This document shows, piece by piece, positions 46,026 to 57,165 of a stretch of DNA of 64,000 bases; position 1 is the stretch's first letter; each line of letters opens with the position of its first letter. Origin of the DNA: a virus. Lineage: Duplodnaviria; Heunggongvirae; Uroviricota; Caudoviricetes. The notes under the pieces are model-generated. The model searched no databases and was not told the DNA's origin. It saw nothing but the letters and a program-made list of their open reading frames with translations. The stretch lies in the IMG/VR virus record IMGVR_UViG_3300042448_001193, one strand, 5' to 3'. The translations under genes and the position numbers were made by a program.

Positions 46026-46358
46026 TTACCTCGTAACGGATGGCAGTACTGTAACTATTCCTTCAACAACTCTTGTCACAACACTCGCTGGTGATGTGAT
46101 GACTACATCATAAACATATCTTCCAGGAGTTAACACGGATGTGTTTGCCGCAGTGACAGATAGTGTGATTTCACCATTGGCTGTTCCTGTGACATTTGAG
46201 TTTATTCTGTACGATGTTGATGAGTAATAAGACTTCCTCATCATGGAGTTGGCTGAATATGAGTGTAGATTAATCGCATTCCCATAGTTATCCTCAACGT
46301 TCAATATTGTACTGAATGTTGCTCCTTGCTCTATGACTATTTCTGAAAATGCTGCCAA
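46026..46358 (-). CDS. Conserved beta-sandwich virion structural protein
   Basis: IEQGATF, MRKSYYS, GEITLS, GRYVYDV, RVVEGIVTV.PSVTR. Confidence 0.7.
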   Translation of the reverse strand: MAAFSEIVIEQGATFSTILNVEDNYGNAINLHSYSANSMMRKSYYSSTSYRINSNVTGTANGEITLSVTAANTSVLTPGRYVYDVVITSPASVVTRVVEGIVTVLPSVTR

Positions 46359-46380
46359 AACTTAAACTCCGAGTTATTTC

Positions 46381-46647
46381 TTATTTAGTATTTGTTGGCT
46401 CTGCTGTTGCTGGACCATCATTCTCAATGAAAACAATATTCAAAATTTCAGCAGTTTTTTCTTTACTGAGAATTTCTTCTTTATAGCAATACATGATAAA
46501 ATCAAAATTTTCTTTTACGGATAAATCAATATCACCATCATATAAATTGAAAGTTTCTATGTAATCTTGGACGTATGCATCATTGGATGTTTTGAAGCCT
46601 GCCCAAACATTTTTATCAAATAAATTTTTAAATTGTACTCTATTCAT
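46381..46647 (-). CDS. Hypothetical protein
   Basis: 88-aa ORF coupled to the glycine-rich gene. Confidence 0.6.
   Translation of the reverse strand: MNRVQFKNLFDKNVWAGFKTSNDAYVQDYIETFNLYDGDIDLSVKENFDFIMYCYKEEILSKEKTAEILNIVFIENDGPATAEPTNTK
46382..46389 (-). promoter_or_regulatory. Late promoter variant (ACTAAATA)
   Basis: CTAAATA overlapping the stop of 46381..46647, 23 nt before the next ATG. Confidence 0.55.
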
Positions 46648-47255
46648 CCTATTGCTCCAAATTCTTCAATGATGATAATTCCCACAACTCCTGCATTGCC
46701 TGGATTGCCCGCGCCAGATGCGATGGCGCCACCTGAGCCCACACCTGTTCCATAATACGATAATTGTCCACTAGCACTAGCACCAGGACTAATATTTGTT
46801 GTTCCTGAGCTTCCTGCACTTCCTGATGACCAGTATGCGTCTGGTGGATCCACCACGTACTGTGAGCCGACACCACCACCACCACCGGCCAAAGAAATGC
46901 CACCAAATGTAGTTGCGCCACCCGCACCTCCATTTCCACCATATGGATAACCAGTCACAGTATTAAATCCATTCCAATAACTTTGAAAAACGGCAGCGGC
47001 GGCGGCCGTGCCCGCAGCACCAACTGAATATGCGTATGTGCCACTAAGTCTCAACCAAAGAATTCCTGTGGCACCGCCACCGCCAGCGAGACCAATGGCT
47101 CCACCAGACGCTGATGCGCTGCCTCCACCACCTCCAACTAAAGTCACCCTACAAAAAGAATTTGATTCTAGTGTGGAAAAATTTCCTGATCCTGATGTGT
47201 ATGTTACTACACGTTTTGGTATTCCATAACCCAAAAATGAACTTGCTCTTGACAT
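46644..47255 (-). CDS. Glycine-rich fibre-tip protein
   Basis: YTSGSG, VTLVGGGGG, GGGGA, Y.YSVGAAG, GG.TTFG, G..GIIIIEE pattern of phage glycine-rich domains. Confidence 0.7.
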   Translation of the reverse strand: MSRASSFLGYGIPKRVVTYTSGSGNFSTLESNSFCRVTLVGGGGGSASASGGAIGLAGGGGATGILWLRLSGTYAYSVGAAGTAAAAAVFQSYWNGFNTVTGYPYGGNGGAGGATTFGGISLAGGGGGVGSQYVVDPPDAYWSSGSAGSSGTTNISPGASASGQLSYYGTGVGSGGAIASGAGNPGNAGVVGIIIIEEFGAIG

Positions 47256-47269
47256 TCAATACTCCAAAG

Positions 47270-48088
47270 TTAATTTGCTACAACCCAGCCGCGAGTTGCG
47301 TCAGCATAGGTTAATGTTAGACTCATATAATTAAAGTCTATTGTCATATCTTCCGCAATACCCATAATATTTTGACCATTCCTCGCAACAACTGAAGTGT
47401 ATGTTCCTGATAAATTAGTAACTCGGATTGTGTCACCAGCTGTTGGTGATCCAGGCAACGTCAGTGTTAATGATGCAGTAAGTATGTATGTTGTTCCTGC
47501 TACTGCGCTGGTGTTTGAGCCAATGACCGAAGTTGCTCTTCTAACTGATCCGGTAACTAAGCCAGAGTGTGTGCCTGTAGATGGACCGGAATGTGTGCCT
47601 GTAGTTGTTGCGCTTGCCGTAATGAATGCTGCACCGTTCGTCAACTGATTGGTGTTTGTGACGTTTGTTGCACCAGCAGCGATACCATCCAACTTAGCTG
47701 CAAATGTACTGGACATTATACCATTTTGACTAGATGTAGCAAGCGTTGTTCTTAATGTGTTTAGTGCATTAGGTGTGGCTGCTGTTGTTGTACTTGTGCT
47801 TGAAGTTGAGTCTGTAAGCTGAACAATACCAGTTTGTCCTGTTGTGGCTGTCCTAATCGCAGTGTTTGTGACTGTAGTTACCTGTCCCAAGGCATTCACA
47901 CTAAACGCAGGAATATTCACACTGTCACCAAAACTGCCTGCTGTTATCACTCCGCTAGTTACGTTGGCCGCAGATGTTAATCTACCCTGCTTATCTACCG
48001 TGAATACAGCGTGAGCTTGTGCTCCACCGTATGTACCCACAGTAACTGCTGTATTAGCTAATACTGATCCAGTTACCCTTGTAGTCAT
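47270..48088 (-). CDS. Short tail-fibre-like protein
   Basis: GTYGG....VFTVDKQGRLT and ATTGQTGIVQL.......TTAATPNAL fibre repeats; KLDGIAAGA; TLTLP.SPTAGD.I C-terminal domain. Confidence 0.75.
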   Translation of the reverse strand: MTTRVTGSVLANTAVTVGTYGGAQAHAVFTVDKQGRLTSAANVTSGVITAGSFGDSVNIPAFSVNALGQVTTVTNTAIRTATTGQTGIVQLTDSTSSTSTTTAATPNALNTLRTTLATSSQNGIMSSTFAAKLDGIAAGATNVTNTNQLTNGAAFITASATTTGTHSGPSTGTHSGLVTGSVRRATSVIGSNTSAVAGTTYILTASLTLTLPGSPTAGDTIRVTNLSGTYTSVVARNGQNIMGIAEDMTIDFNYMSLTLTYADATRGWVVAN

Positions 48089-50757
48089 TTATTTTTTCCT
48101 TTTAATACTTCAACTTCAGCGGACAATTCTTTTATCGCTTCAATCAACAAAGGCACAAGTTTTTCATAAGCCACAGCCAAATAACCATTATCTCTCACTG
48201 AGATAATTTCAGGAAGAACCTTTTGTACTTGTTGCGCAATAACACCAGCTTCACGTTTTTCTGTGTCTTTATTTTCAGCTAGGCTATTCCAATTGAATGT
48301 TACACCATCGATTGATTTTAATTTTTGTAGGGCATCCGGTATGATTTGGATTTCAGTTTTCAGTCTGCTGTCAGAAGAATAGTGTGCGATAATATCACTT
48401 GATGCACGAATCTCGCCTGTGCCAGCACCACTCGCTGATCCTACATTTAGACCAGTAAATGTTGGCGTACCACCAAGTCTCGCTACTGCAAGTGTGCCTG
48501 AAGTAATTGCGCCTGTATCTATACTGATAGAAGTATTTGATACGGAGGTTATTCTACCCTTATCATCAACAACAATTGTTGGAACAACAGTGGCTGTTCC
48601 ATATGTTCTTGCTGTTACACCAGATGCTTCAAGTCTTGCTGCTGCAAGTGTGCCTGATGATATATTGCTTGCGTTTGATGTGTCTGTTGTTGCTGATGCA
48701 GCAAGACCAGTAATTTTTGCATTTGCTAGAGAAGTGATAAACGATGGATTCGCATATGATCCATTAGTGTAAACACCGTTGGTCACCGTTCCTGCATTAC
48801 CACTGACACTCATCGTGAACGTGTTACCTGAGTTTACAACATCTTTAACAAATTGCGTTGTCGCAAAAGCTGTATTACTCGTTATATGTGGTACAGTAAT
48901 ACCTGTAGCTATGCCAGTAAATTGTGCGCCAACTAATGCTGCTTTTCTACTCTCAAGACTATCTATAGCCAATTGAATTGTGTTTGCACTTGCTGAAATA
49001 TCACCAGTCACTGGTCCGTAAGTGATGTTGTTTGCGTAATATGGATTTACAATGTATCCATCAACTTCAAGTAAAATTGTGTCTGTACTTTGTGGTGGCT
49101 CAGAGAAACTGATTGTTGAGTTTGCAACGTTAGCTGAATACTCAGATTCAAATTGTCTAACACCGTTAATGTATGCTCTCAGTTGAGTGGCCGCATTGAA
49201 TGTTGGTGTTGTAAATCTCGTGTTTGCACCGTTGCCTGTATATGACAATCTTGTTGAGTTGATTGTTGTGCCTGGTACAGCACCACCTCCACCTCCTGTG
49301 CCACCAGCAGCCCAATAAAAGTTACCTGGTCCACCTGTAGTTAAAACGTAACCTGCAGTTGTTCCAGTTGGTAACAGTGCAGTAAGTGCCGCCGAAGCCG
49401 AAGTTGCTCCTGTTCCGCCATGTTGGATGGCCAACTGACCACCTGTGCCAAGAGTTAATCCTGCAAATGTCGGTGTCGCAGTTATTCTCAAATCTTGTGG
49501 TGTACTGATAGCAATCGTGTTTGCTGTTCCGTGTATAGCGATTCCATTGTTGCTGGAATATGTTATGACACCTTTATCTGGAATCGCTGTTCCCGATGTG
49601 CCAACAAATGTGTTGGCTGCGATTGCAAACAATGCATCTGAATAAGATTTCAGATTTGTGTTGGCATTGTCAACATAGTTTTTAGTTAGCCACGAACTTG
49701 CGAAAGTTGAATTACTTACAGTCGCTGTGCTTGTTGTGATTAGATTAGCCGTTAATACTTTCGAAAAACTTGTGCCCAAATCTGAGTTGTCAACATCACG
49801 AAGTTGCCACTCTTTTGCTGTTCCTGCCCAACGAATATATGCGTTCGCATTCACTGTTCCTAGAGTGGATTGTGTGTTGCCCCGATACACACCGAAGTAT
49901 GCATTGCCTGAAGTTATAGGAGTTGTTGCACCGATAATAAAAGTATCAGTATCAATAATTGTCTGGCCAGCTAACGTGAAGTTTCCTGTAACACCCAAGT
50001 TACCTATAATTGTGGCATCTCCACCCACCAAAAGATCGTCACCTAGCGATGCTGCACCGTTCGCTTGTAATGTTCCGCCTATAGAAACATTACCCACTGC
50101 TTGCAGTGTTCCACCAAAATAACCATTGCCTGTGACGGTGGAGTTTGTGCCAACATTCAATGATGTAGCTGTTGCTAAACTTCCAGTGATGCCCAAATTA
50201 CCAACAACGTTAGCTGAGCCAGTTACACTAAAATTGCCACCGACACTTAAACCTTGAGTCACCGATATATTACCACCGACTGATGCGTTTGCTATGACAG
50301 TCAAATTGTTTCCTATGGATACAGATTGACCGAAAACACCAGTGTTTGCTACTCCCAAGAATCCTACGTTCGCTGTCCCTACGACAACCACATTTGAGTT
50401 TGCTGTAATGTTGTTGGCAATTATTGTATTTCTAACAATAACTGTACCATTACTTACAACGTTGTTTGCAACGAATAATGCTGTTCCTGGACCATAGATG
50501 GAAACAACTCCACCGACACCCAAATTTCCAGTTGCAGTTCCCTGAACACCCAAAGTAATATCTCTACCAACAGTTATGTCGGTTGAAAATAGTGCAGTAT
50601 TTGAAACTTGTAAAGATGCATTAGCTCCGATGGCCAATGTACCTGTTGTTTTAGTGTACGTACCAGTTTCTAATGTGTTTAGTGTGTTAGCAGACTGATT
50701 GGTCTGTATTCTCCACTCATCAACTGTATTATTTCTTGTGATATTTGGAATTGCCAT
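48085..50757 (-). CDS. Fibre protein with C-terminal S74 intramolecular chaperone
   Basis: NTVDEWR..TN N-terminus, GN.(S/T)V beta-helix-like repeats, HYSSDSRLK, AGVIAQQV, VAYEKLVPLLIEAIKEL. Confidence 0.8.
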   Translation of the reverse strand: MAIPNITRNNTVDEWRIQTNQSANTLNTLETGTYTKTTGTLAIGANASLQVSNTALFSTDITVGRDITLGVQGTATGNLGVGGVVSIYGPGTALFVANNVVSNGTVIVRNTIIANNITANSNVVVVGTANVGFLGVANTGVFGQSVSIGNNLTVIANASVGGNISVTQGLSVGGNFSVTGSANVVGNLGITGSLATATSLNVGTNSTVTGNGYFGGTLQAVGNVSIGGTLQANGAASLGDDLLVGGDATIIGNLGVTGNFTLAGQTIIDTDTFIIGATTPITSGNAYFGVYRGNTQSTLGTVNANAYIRWAGTAKEWQLRDVDNSDLGTSFSKVLTANLITTSTATVSNSTFASSWLTKNYVDNANTNLKSYSDALFAIAANTFVGTSGTAIPDKGVITYSSNNGIAIHGTANTIAISTPQDLRITATPTFAGLTLGTGGQLAIQHGGTGATSASAALTALLPTGTTAGYVLTTGGPGNFYWAAGGTGGGGGAVPGTTINSTRLSYTGNGANTRFTTPTFNAATQLRAYINGVRQFESEYSANVANSTISFSEPPQSTDTILLEVDGYIVNPYYANNITYGPVTGDISASANTIQLAIDSLESRKAALVGAQFTGIATGITVPHITSNTAFATTQFVKDVVNSGNTFTMSVSGNAGTVTNGVYTNGSYANPSFITSLANAKITGLAASATTDTSNASNISSGTLAAARLEASGVTARTYGTATVVPTIVVDDKGRITSVSNTSISIDTGAITSGTLAVARLGGTPTFTGLNVGSASGAGTGEIRASSDIIAHYSSDSRLKTEIQIIPDALQKLKSIDGVTFNWNSLAENKDTEKREAGVIAQQVQKVLPEIISVRDNGYLAVAYEKLVPLLIEAIKELSAEVEVLKGKNK

Positions 50758-50759
50758 TG

Positions 50760-50996
50760 TTATTTACTCTGTTGCAACAGTGAAGCTAATAGTGATTTTA
50801 TCTCCTGTATATCAGAAGACAGGTCTTGAACTTGCACTTTTAGGTTATTTATATCATCGTTTTTACCATTGATCCTATCAGCCAATCTTTTTCTAGCTTC
50901 ATTTTCTGTTAGACCTGCACGCCCTGTCATTAGCAGGGCGTTTGTGCCGGTGTCTTTTACAAAATTTGTTCCTTCTACTTTTATGTGCATGGTCAT
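50760..50996 (-). CDS. Small coiled-coil protein conserved after the VrlC-like gene
   Basis: IKVEG..FVKD..TNAL, C-terminal L...IQEIKSLL. Confidence 0.65.
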   Translation of the reverse strand: MTMHIKVEGTNFVKDTGTNALLMTGRAGLTENEARKRLADRINGKNDDINNLKVQVQDLSSDIQEIKSLLASLLQQSK

Positions 50997-53900
50997 TCTG
51001 CCGGAGTTGCAATAATACGCAAATCTTTAACTGTAGGAACAACTGCTGGATCACTGGATGTCAAAACAATCTTGATTGCGAATGTTTTGAATGTGTCGTG
51101 TGTTACACCATTTTCACCAACATATGATACTGCATTGACTGTCGCTGATGGGCGATATTCATATTCGCGGAATGATGCATCAAGTGATGGTGTTGTAGTT
51201 GGATTGATACACACCATTTTCTGATAGCCACGATCTTTGAATGTCGTATTGTCGTTGCCGGAAAGAATCTTGTAGTAAACAGAAACTTCTGAGCTACCTG
51301 GTTTATTTGCACCCAAGAAAACTCTCAAGTCGCCCGCATCATAGCCATCAGCAAGTGTGATTGGCTTTGTGATGTAGCGAGCTAGACATGGACCACCAGA
51401 TGAATCGTGCTCACTGTTCAAAACAATGTTTGCGTTAGCTGTTACCGTTCCTGAACCGACCAATGGATATGAGATTGTGAAGTCGTCAAGATAACCGGAG
51501 CCACCAGCGGAAACATAGATTCCAACAACATTACCGTTAGCATCAACGCTCAAGTTGGCTGTTGCACCAGTTCCTGTTGAACTTGTGATTGTGATGTTGT
51601 TTGAGTTGCTGTAACCAGAACCTGGAGAAACGATTGTGAAATCTTCAGCATCAATTACAGCATTATCCAAGAAGTTTTCCCACACGTTGATAGCAGCACT
51701 TTCCAGTGATATCACAGGAGAGATTGCATCGTTTGTTGTGGACATAGCAACTCTCATAGTGAAACTATTTTGAGTGCCGATAGACTTTCTACGGAAACCC
51801 ACTGCATACAATTCATCTGACGCAAAACTATAGATTTGTCCAGGTGAAATTGCTCTTGGTGTGCTTTCTTTTGTGCCACCCAATGGTGTTGTCAAAATTG
51901 TGCGTTCAACATTTACCAATGTATCTGATGGCACGATTGCTGTTTCAAGCAAACGAATCTTATCCATGTTGATTGGTGTTGTCAATCCTTCGTTCTGTAG
52001 AACGTGAACTGCTGATGTTGTTGAGAACACGCAACGGTTGATTTTGAACATCAAGTCTTCATTGATGAACGGTGAGAATTCTCTAGCGTTCTGTGACTTA
52101 TACAATGTTCCTGAATATGGTTGTTTGTCAACATATTCGTTGTTTCTTGTTGTGCCACCCTTTTCAGCTTCCCACACACTGTATTGTGGAGAATCTGTCA
52201 ACAGAACCATCGCATATAAACCAGGCTTCAAGAACACAGGAATGTCAAATTTGAAGTTTGTGTTGGTCGCATCCAAAATAGATGGTGACTCAGAAACAAC
52301 AATTTCCGATGGATACTTTGTCACAACAGATTCTGGATACCAGAAGTCTGAAGATGGGAATCCATTGACTGTTGGGCGAATCTGCACAGTAACAGGCAAC
52401 TGATTGTCGTCTTTTGCACGGAAGAACAAATCAATGCTATCCAAGAATAGACCCTGTGGATACAATTCAGCATCAACAAAGAATGTTTGAGCCAGTGGAT
52501 CAACCGCCCAGCTACTCAACACCTGTGATCCAACTGTAACAGAGTTTACAAGTTTGTCGCTTGTTTGTGTGCCAGTGATCTTGAAATCAACATCAACGTT
52601 CAACACAGATTCAATCAATTCAGTCTTGTTCGCAATCAATCCAGATGCAGTATATGTCTTATCTGCAAAAGAGATCGAATCGGCATCATATGTGTTATTG
52701 AACGACTCGGTTACACGGAAGGTTCTTTGACCTGAACGGAAAGTTGCTTTTGGCATATAGAATGCACCACCAACTTGTCCGAGCTTATTGGTCTTATTGT
52801 TACCCATTGAATAGATAACTTGTCCTGTCGTTGCAATTGTACCACTTACGTTAGCAACTTTGGTTGTTCCATTGTATGCTGTAATTGTGTGTTGTTGTCC
52901 TAGGCCATCATTGGAATTAGCTGCACGAACAATCGTAACAGTATTTCCGGTGTAGTATCCATTGGCAGAAGACGCACCAGCATCAAGTGTAATTGTGGTG
53001 GTGGTTGTATTACCTAAGCCTGAACGATGCTCATTGATTGTGGATATGGTATAATATCTTCCTGTATCCAAACCATAAACAAATTTTCCTGCTAGAGTTT
53101 TACCTGTTTCATTGATGATGGAAACGTTAGCAGATCCTCTTTCACTCACAACAACAAATGCTGGATCATAAGATGTGCCGCCCGCAATCAAACTTGACAA
53201 ATTGGCAGCCAAGTCAGCAATAGTGTTTGCGATAAGCACAGATTCACCAGCTCTTAGTGTCTGTGATGCAGTATTCAATGTTACTTGGTTAGGAACAACG
53301 ATATACTTGTTGACATCCGTGTCATCAAAGAACGAATACATTACAGTTTTAGGGCGAACACCTTCAGAAGTAAACAGAATCTGCTTAGACTTCATGTATG
53401 GCTGAATTGCCAAATCTGTAACGAATGAACCTAAATTGACTTGAGAAGAAGATGTGGATATTTGCTTCTGCTTCAGTTCAGCGCCAGCGGTCAGATATGT
53501 GTTATCATTTACTGGTGCAACCCAGCCCCATGTGTTTCCACCCAGACTTTGGACTGTTGCTTTATTTCTATCAACTTCACGTACTGTCTTGTACCACTGA
53601 CTGTCTGCGATTGTTGCAAAAGGACTATCTTTGTCATTTTGCCAAGTCGGAGTTTTGTCAGAAATGTATTTGAATGCGTCATTGATAAAATTGAACGCAT
53701 TTGAAATTCCCTGATTGGAGTTCAGTGTAACTTTTGCGGTGCTGCCGGTATCAACATCACCACTGAATTCGGGGAATAGCTTTGTCTTACCTTTGAAGTT
53801 AGCAAAAACTGCATCTGCAACTGTCATAGACTTTGTTGCATAAGGCTGCTTTGCAAATTCACGGGCTGTGTAAGAAAGCATCATAGCTTTCTTGGTGCCT

Positions 53901-56900
53901 GTTCCTGCGATGAATGCTGAACCAACGTTGTCGCCAGTTCTAGGAATCAACTTGACCGTGCGCATCAGAGATGCAGGTTGGAGTGTACCATTCTCAATCA
54001 AGTTTCTGTTGTCAAAATTGACTTCATCGCGTGTTGCTTGATTGTCTTTACTTGTGAAGTTATCTACCAAGATGCCATACTTTGAACGCTCTAGACCGTT
54101 TGCGTCCAGAACTTTAGTTGCTGCTGCATCTTTCTCCAATGTGCTTAGGGAAACATAGTACTCAAGACCACTGATTCTCTCTTCAAAATTCTGCAAATCA
54201 CCCATTGTATAGCGGCGATGATTTTTGAAATCTGCACGAACATCATTCACAGAATCTGTATATGCTGGAACATACAGTGTGTAAATCAACATGTCTTTGT
54301 TGTTGACTGGAGGTGCAATTGGATTGATCGCAGACTTACCTTTGATAACAGCAAATTCTCTGGAAGATTTCACAACCACTTGGTCGATTCGACTCAAGTA
54401 GTAATCGTAGTCCATTGTAATTTGTTCAAGTGGCTCAGGATTCAGTGCACCAGATAGTGTTGTACTAGCAACTGCTCTTGTTGGACGGAAATCAAACGAT
54501 GATCTCAATGGCACAAGTTTCTGATCTTCGTTGTTAGCAAATACTGAAATGTCACCGTAAGACATATTTGAACCTGCTTGTAGGTACGAATCCACGGTGA
54601 ATAGACCAGCACCACCAGTCGCAGGAGATGCAATGTGTTTCAGGTATCTGTACTGCACATAAACTGTGCCTGTCGGAGCACTATAACCACGCTTCAATTT
54701 GATGGTAGCATGGTCATAGTAATTTTTCTTCTGACCGTTATCAAACTCATAACTGTCTGTGATATCGTTGGTGGCTGTCGTCAACATTGCTGTTGATACG
54801 TTTGCTGTAGGACTCTTAGAGTCATATACTCCAACAATCTCATACACATCAGCAACTTGTAGGCTAACTGGTTTACCTGGAGTACGTAGATCAGTTAGAA
54901 TAGCGTTGCCTGTGAAGTTGGTTGCACCAACTGAAGTAAACACATAACCACCACTGAATGTAGTGACTTCACCTGAAGTGTTTGCAGCATTCAGTGTGTT
55001 TGCGCCACCAAGTTCACTAGGAACTTTTGCATGTAAGTCTGCACCACTAGTTAGTGGTATCATCTGTTTGCCGCGAGTTGAACCTGTAGAAGCATTCTCT
55101 GCATCATTGACTTTTGTTGTAATCAAAAAGTCCACCGAAACACCAGGCACAACCAAGTTGACTGTAAACTGTGTTGGAGATACTGCGGTAACAGTAAAGT
55201 TATTATTTGCAAGACTCAATACACTGTTAGCTGTGATGCCATACTGTGTGTTGGACGATACGCCGCTACGAACTGTACAAATGATGTTGTTCAGAATCAG
55301 AGAATCTGAAATAACGCCTGGACTTCCAGCAAATGCAAATGAGTCTGTACCACCTGCGTTGATTGTTATGGATCCGCCCGCATCACTTGTTCTGTTTAGA
55401 TATGCTTTTCTGGCATACAAATCCATATTGTCGATAGTTCCGTCTTTGATTGCATCATAAGGAACATTGAACAATAAGCTGGAACGTTTTGGTTCATTAA
55501 TATATGCAAAGCCAGTCAGTGAATTCTTAGAATCACTGTTGATGTTTCCAGAGAATGTGATGGATGTGCCATCAGTTATTACCAGGGACTCAGCTTGTTT
55601 GAAGTCGGATTCAATTGAGAATGAATCACCATTGGCTGTGCTTGGTATTTTAGACAGTGAAGTTGATAGTGTGATGTAAGTTGCGTTCGATGAAACGATT
55701 GGCAATGGACCATCGTCCGCTAGATCACCACTAACAATTCGGAACAACATGTTTGCATACACGTTTGCACCAGCTGTGGCGGAAAATGTTGTCGGCAACT
55801 TAATTGTTGTTGTGGATGAACCTGCAGGCACTGTTCCGGTTATCGCTGAGCCAACTGCATCGAAAACGTTAACTGTGAAAGAGTGTGTATCACCAATAGT
55901 ACTGGTTGTCGAGTCATTATAACGCATCATATTCGCACGGGTAGTACCTATTTTTGTGCTGTTATATGCTGCTGTTGTTGTCAGGTTGATTGAGTTTGTT
56001 GGTACAATGTGAATATCTAACTGTGGATATGTTGTGATATTCAATGTACCACGAATGCTGTCCAATACTACAGATGACTCATAATTGGTAGGTAAATCGT
56101 AGCTTGATACATTAGACACATCGCGCCCACGTGCTAACTCGATTGTTGTTGGCGCAATCGTTTGGAATTCATATCCATTGACATACGCTTTGCCTGGATC
56201 CAATACGACATTGAACATACCATTAGCAGAATCACCCTCATCAATAGAGATGACAAATGGATCAACAGTGTAGTTGCCAGATTCATCAAAGGTTCTTCTG
56301 GCCAACAATGCTTCAATTTCACTGTATATTGGATATTGAATCTCTTTTGTCCTAACGCCAGCTACCAGACGAATCACTTCAAAGAAGGATGAAACGTCAG
56401 CGGAATCTAATGTTCTCTTAGCGAGTGCTGTTTGAATTTGGAATCTATTTGCACCCGGTGCTTGATAGTTGAATGCACCCTGCGCTGGATCCAACAGGGA
56501 AGTGTCATCAATTTCATCAACCAACACTTCAGTAAATTCTATACCGACTTTGTATGATGGCTGTGAGTTGATGGTTGATGATGATCCTAGCCTGTAGAAT
56601 AGTTCAACGATTAGATATTGTGGAACAACTTTAACAAATTGACCCTTAAAGTAATAAACACCCTCTTGCAGATATGCAACATATGAACCGCCAGTCGCTG
56701 CGGTTGTAGCCAATGTTCCGAATATGTTTTGACCATATACACGAAGATCATCGCTTTCAGCGAAACGTTCTCCGCTCAAATATTTCAGAACGAGGATAGG
56801 ATTAGATGTTGTACTTTCAACAGCGATAACTTTGGCGCGAACGTCTTTTGTTGAACCGTAAGATACAACAATTTTATCTAAGAAATCTGTAACAACGATA

Positions 56901-57154
56901 TCTTCATTGCCATATTGTGGCTGCAAAATGACATAATTTGCTTTGTCGTCTAATGAGACTTTGCCCCCAACGATTGGGCTGCCGCTTTTGAAAATGTGAT
57001 TACCAAATTTCTCAATTTGGTTAGACAATATTGTTTGTAGCTGTGTCAGTTCTCTTGCTTGGACTGAATAGCCTGGGCGGAAAAGCACTCGCATGAAGTT
57101 TTTATCTTCATCGAAGTCGTCATAATATGGATCGTAATTGAATAGAGTTGTCAT
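50993..57154 (-). CDS. Large baseplate/virion structural protein, VrlC/DUF4815-like
   Basis: DPYYDDF..KNF.RVLFRPGY.VQARELTQLQ, YQAPGA.R, RRTFDESGNY.V.PF, YL.RID, GILVDNF, VDPLAQTF, RYITKPITL. Confidence 0.8.
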   Translation of the reverse strand: MTTLFNYDPYYDDFDEDKNFMRVLFRPGYSVQARELTQLQTILSNQIEKFGNHIFKSGSPIVGGKVSLDDKANYVILQPQYGNEDIVVTDFLDKIVVSYGSTKDVRAKVIAVESTTSNPILVLKYLSGERFAESDDLRVYGQNIFGTLATTAATGGSYVAYLQEGVYYFKGQFVKVVPQYLIVELFYRLGSSSTINSQPSYKVGIEFTEVLVDEIDDTSLLDPAQGAFNYQAPGANRFQIQTALAKRTLDSADVSSFFEVIRLVAGVRTKEIQYPIYSEIEALLARRTFDESGNYTVDPFVISIDEGDSANGMFNVVLDPGKAYVNGYEFQTIAPTTIELARGRDVSNVSSYDLPTNYESSVVLDSIRGTLNITTYPQLDIHIVPTNSINLTTTAAYNSTKIGTTRANMMRYNDSTTSTIGDTHSFTVNVFDAVGSAITGTVPAGSSTTTIKLPTTFSATAGANVYANMLFRIVSGDLADDGPLPIVSSNATYITLSTSLSKIPSTANGDSFSIESDFKQAESLVITDGTSITFSGNINSDSKNSLTGFAYINEPKRSSLLFNVPYDAIKDGTIDNMDLYARKAYLNRTSDAGGSITINAGGTDSFAFAGSPGVISDSLILNNIICTVRSGVSSNTQYGITANSVLSLANNNFTVTAVSPTQFTVNLVVPGVSVDFLITTKVNDAENASTGSTRGKQMIPLTSGADLHAKVPSELGGANTLNAANTSGEVTTFSGGYVFTSVGATNFTGNAILTDLRTPGKPVSLQVADVYEIVGVYDSKSPTANVSTAMLTTATNDITDSYEFDNGQKKNYYDHATIKLKRGYSAPTGTVYVQYRYLKHIASPATGGAGLFTVDSYLQAGSNMSYGDISVFANNEDQKLVPLRSSFDFRPTRAVASTTLSGALNPEPLEQITMDYDYYLSRIDQVVVKSSREFAVIKGKSAINPIAPPVNNKDMLIYTLYVPAYTDSVNDVRADFKNHRRYTMGDLQNFEERISGLEYYVSLSTLEKDAAATKVLDANGLERSKYGILVDNFTSKDNQATRDEVNFDNRNLIENGTLQPASLMRTVKLIPRTGDNVGSAFIAGTGTKKAMMLSYTAREFAKQPYATKSMTVADAVFANFKGKTKLFPEFSGDVDTGSTAKVTLNSNQGISNAFNFINDAFKYISDKTPTWQNDKDSPFATIADSQWYKTVREVDRNKATVQSLGGNTWGWVAPVNDNTYLTAGAELKQKQISTSSSQVNLGSFVTDLAIQPYMKSKQILFTSEGVRPKTVMYSFFDDTDVNKYIVVPNQVTLNTASQTLRAGESVLIANTIADLAANLSSLIAGGTSYDPAFVVVSERGSANVSIINETGKTLAGKFVYGLDTGRYYTISTINEHRSGLGNTTTTTITLDAGASSANGYYTGNTVTIVRAANSNDGLGQQHTITAYNGTTKVANVSGTIATTGQVIYSMGNNKTNKLGQVGGAFYMPKATFRSGQRTFRVTESFNNTYDADSISFADKTYTASGLIANKTELIESVLNVDVDFKITGTQTSDKLVNSVTVGSQVLSSWAVDPLAQTFFVDAELYPQGLFLDSIDLFFRAKDDNQLPVTVQIRPTVNGFPSSDFWYPESVVTKYPSEIVVSESPSILDATNTNFKFDIPVFLKPGLYAMVLLTDSPQYSVWEAEKGGTTRNNEYVDKQPYSGTLYKSQNAREFSPFINEDLMFKINRCVFSTTSAVHVLQNEGLTTPINMDKIRLLETAIVPSDTLVNVERTILTTPLGGTKESTPRAISPGQIYSFASDELYAVGFRRKSIGTQNSFTMRVAMSTTNDAISPVISLESAAINVWENFLDNAVIDAEDFTIVSPGSGYSNSNNITITSSTGTGATANLSVDANGNVVGIYVSAGGSGYLDDFTISYPLVGSGTVTANANIVLNSEHDSSGGPCLARYITKPITLADGYDAGDLRVFLGANKPGSSEVSVYYKILSGNDNTTFKDRGYQKMVCINPTTTPSLDASFREYEYRPSATVNAVSYVGENGVTHDTFKTFAIKIVLTSSDPAVVPTVKDLRIIATPAE

Positions 57155-57165
57155 TTATTCCTCGT

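Noticed and set aside
30835-50757. Diversity-generating retroelement acting on the fibre tips
   Set aside because: No reverse transcriptase in the window and no template/variable repeat pair differing only at adenines was seen; the identical repeats in 35813..36961 are propeller blades.
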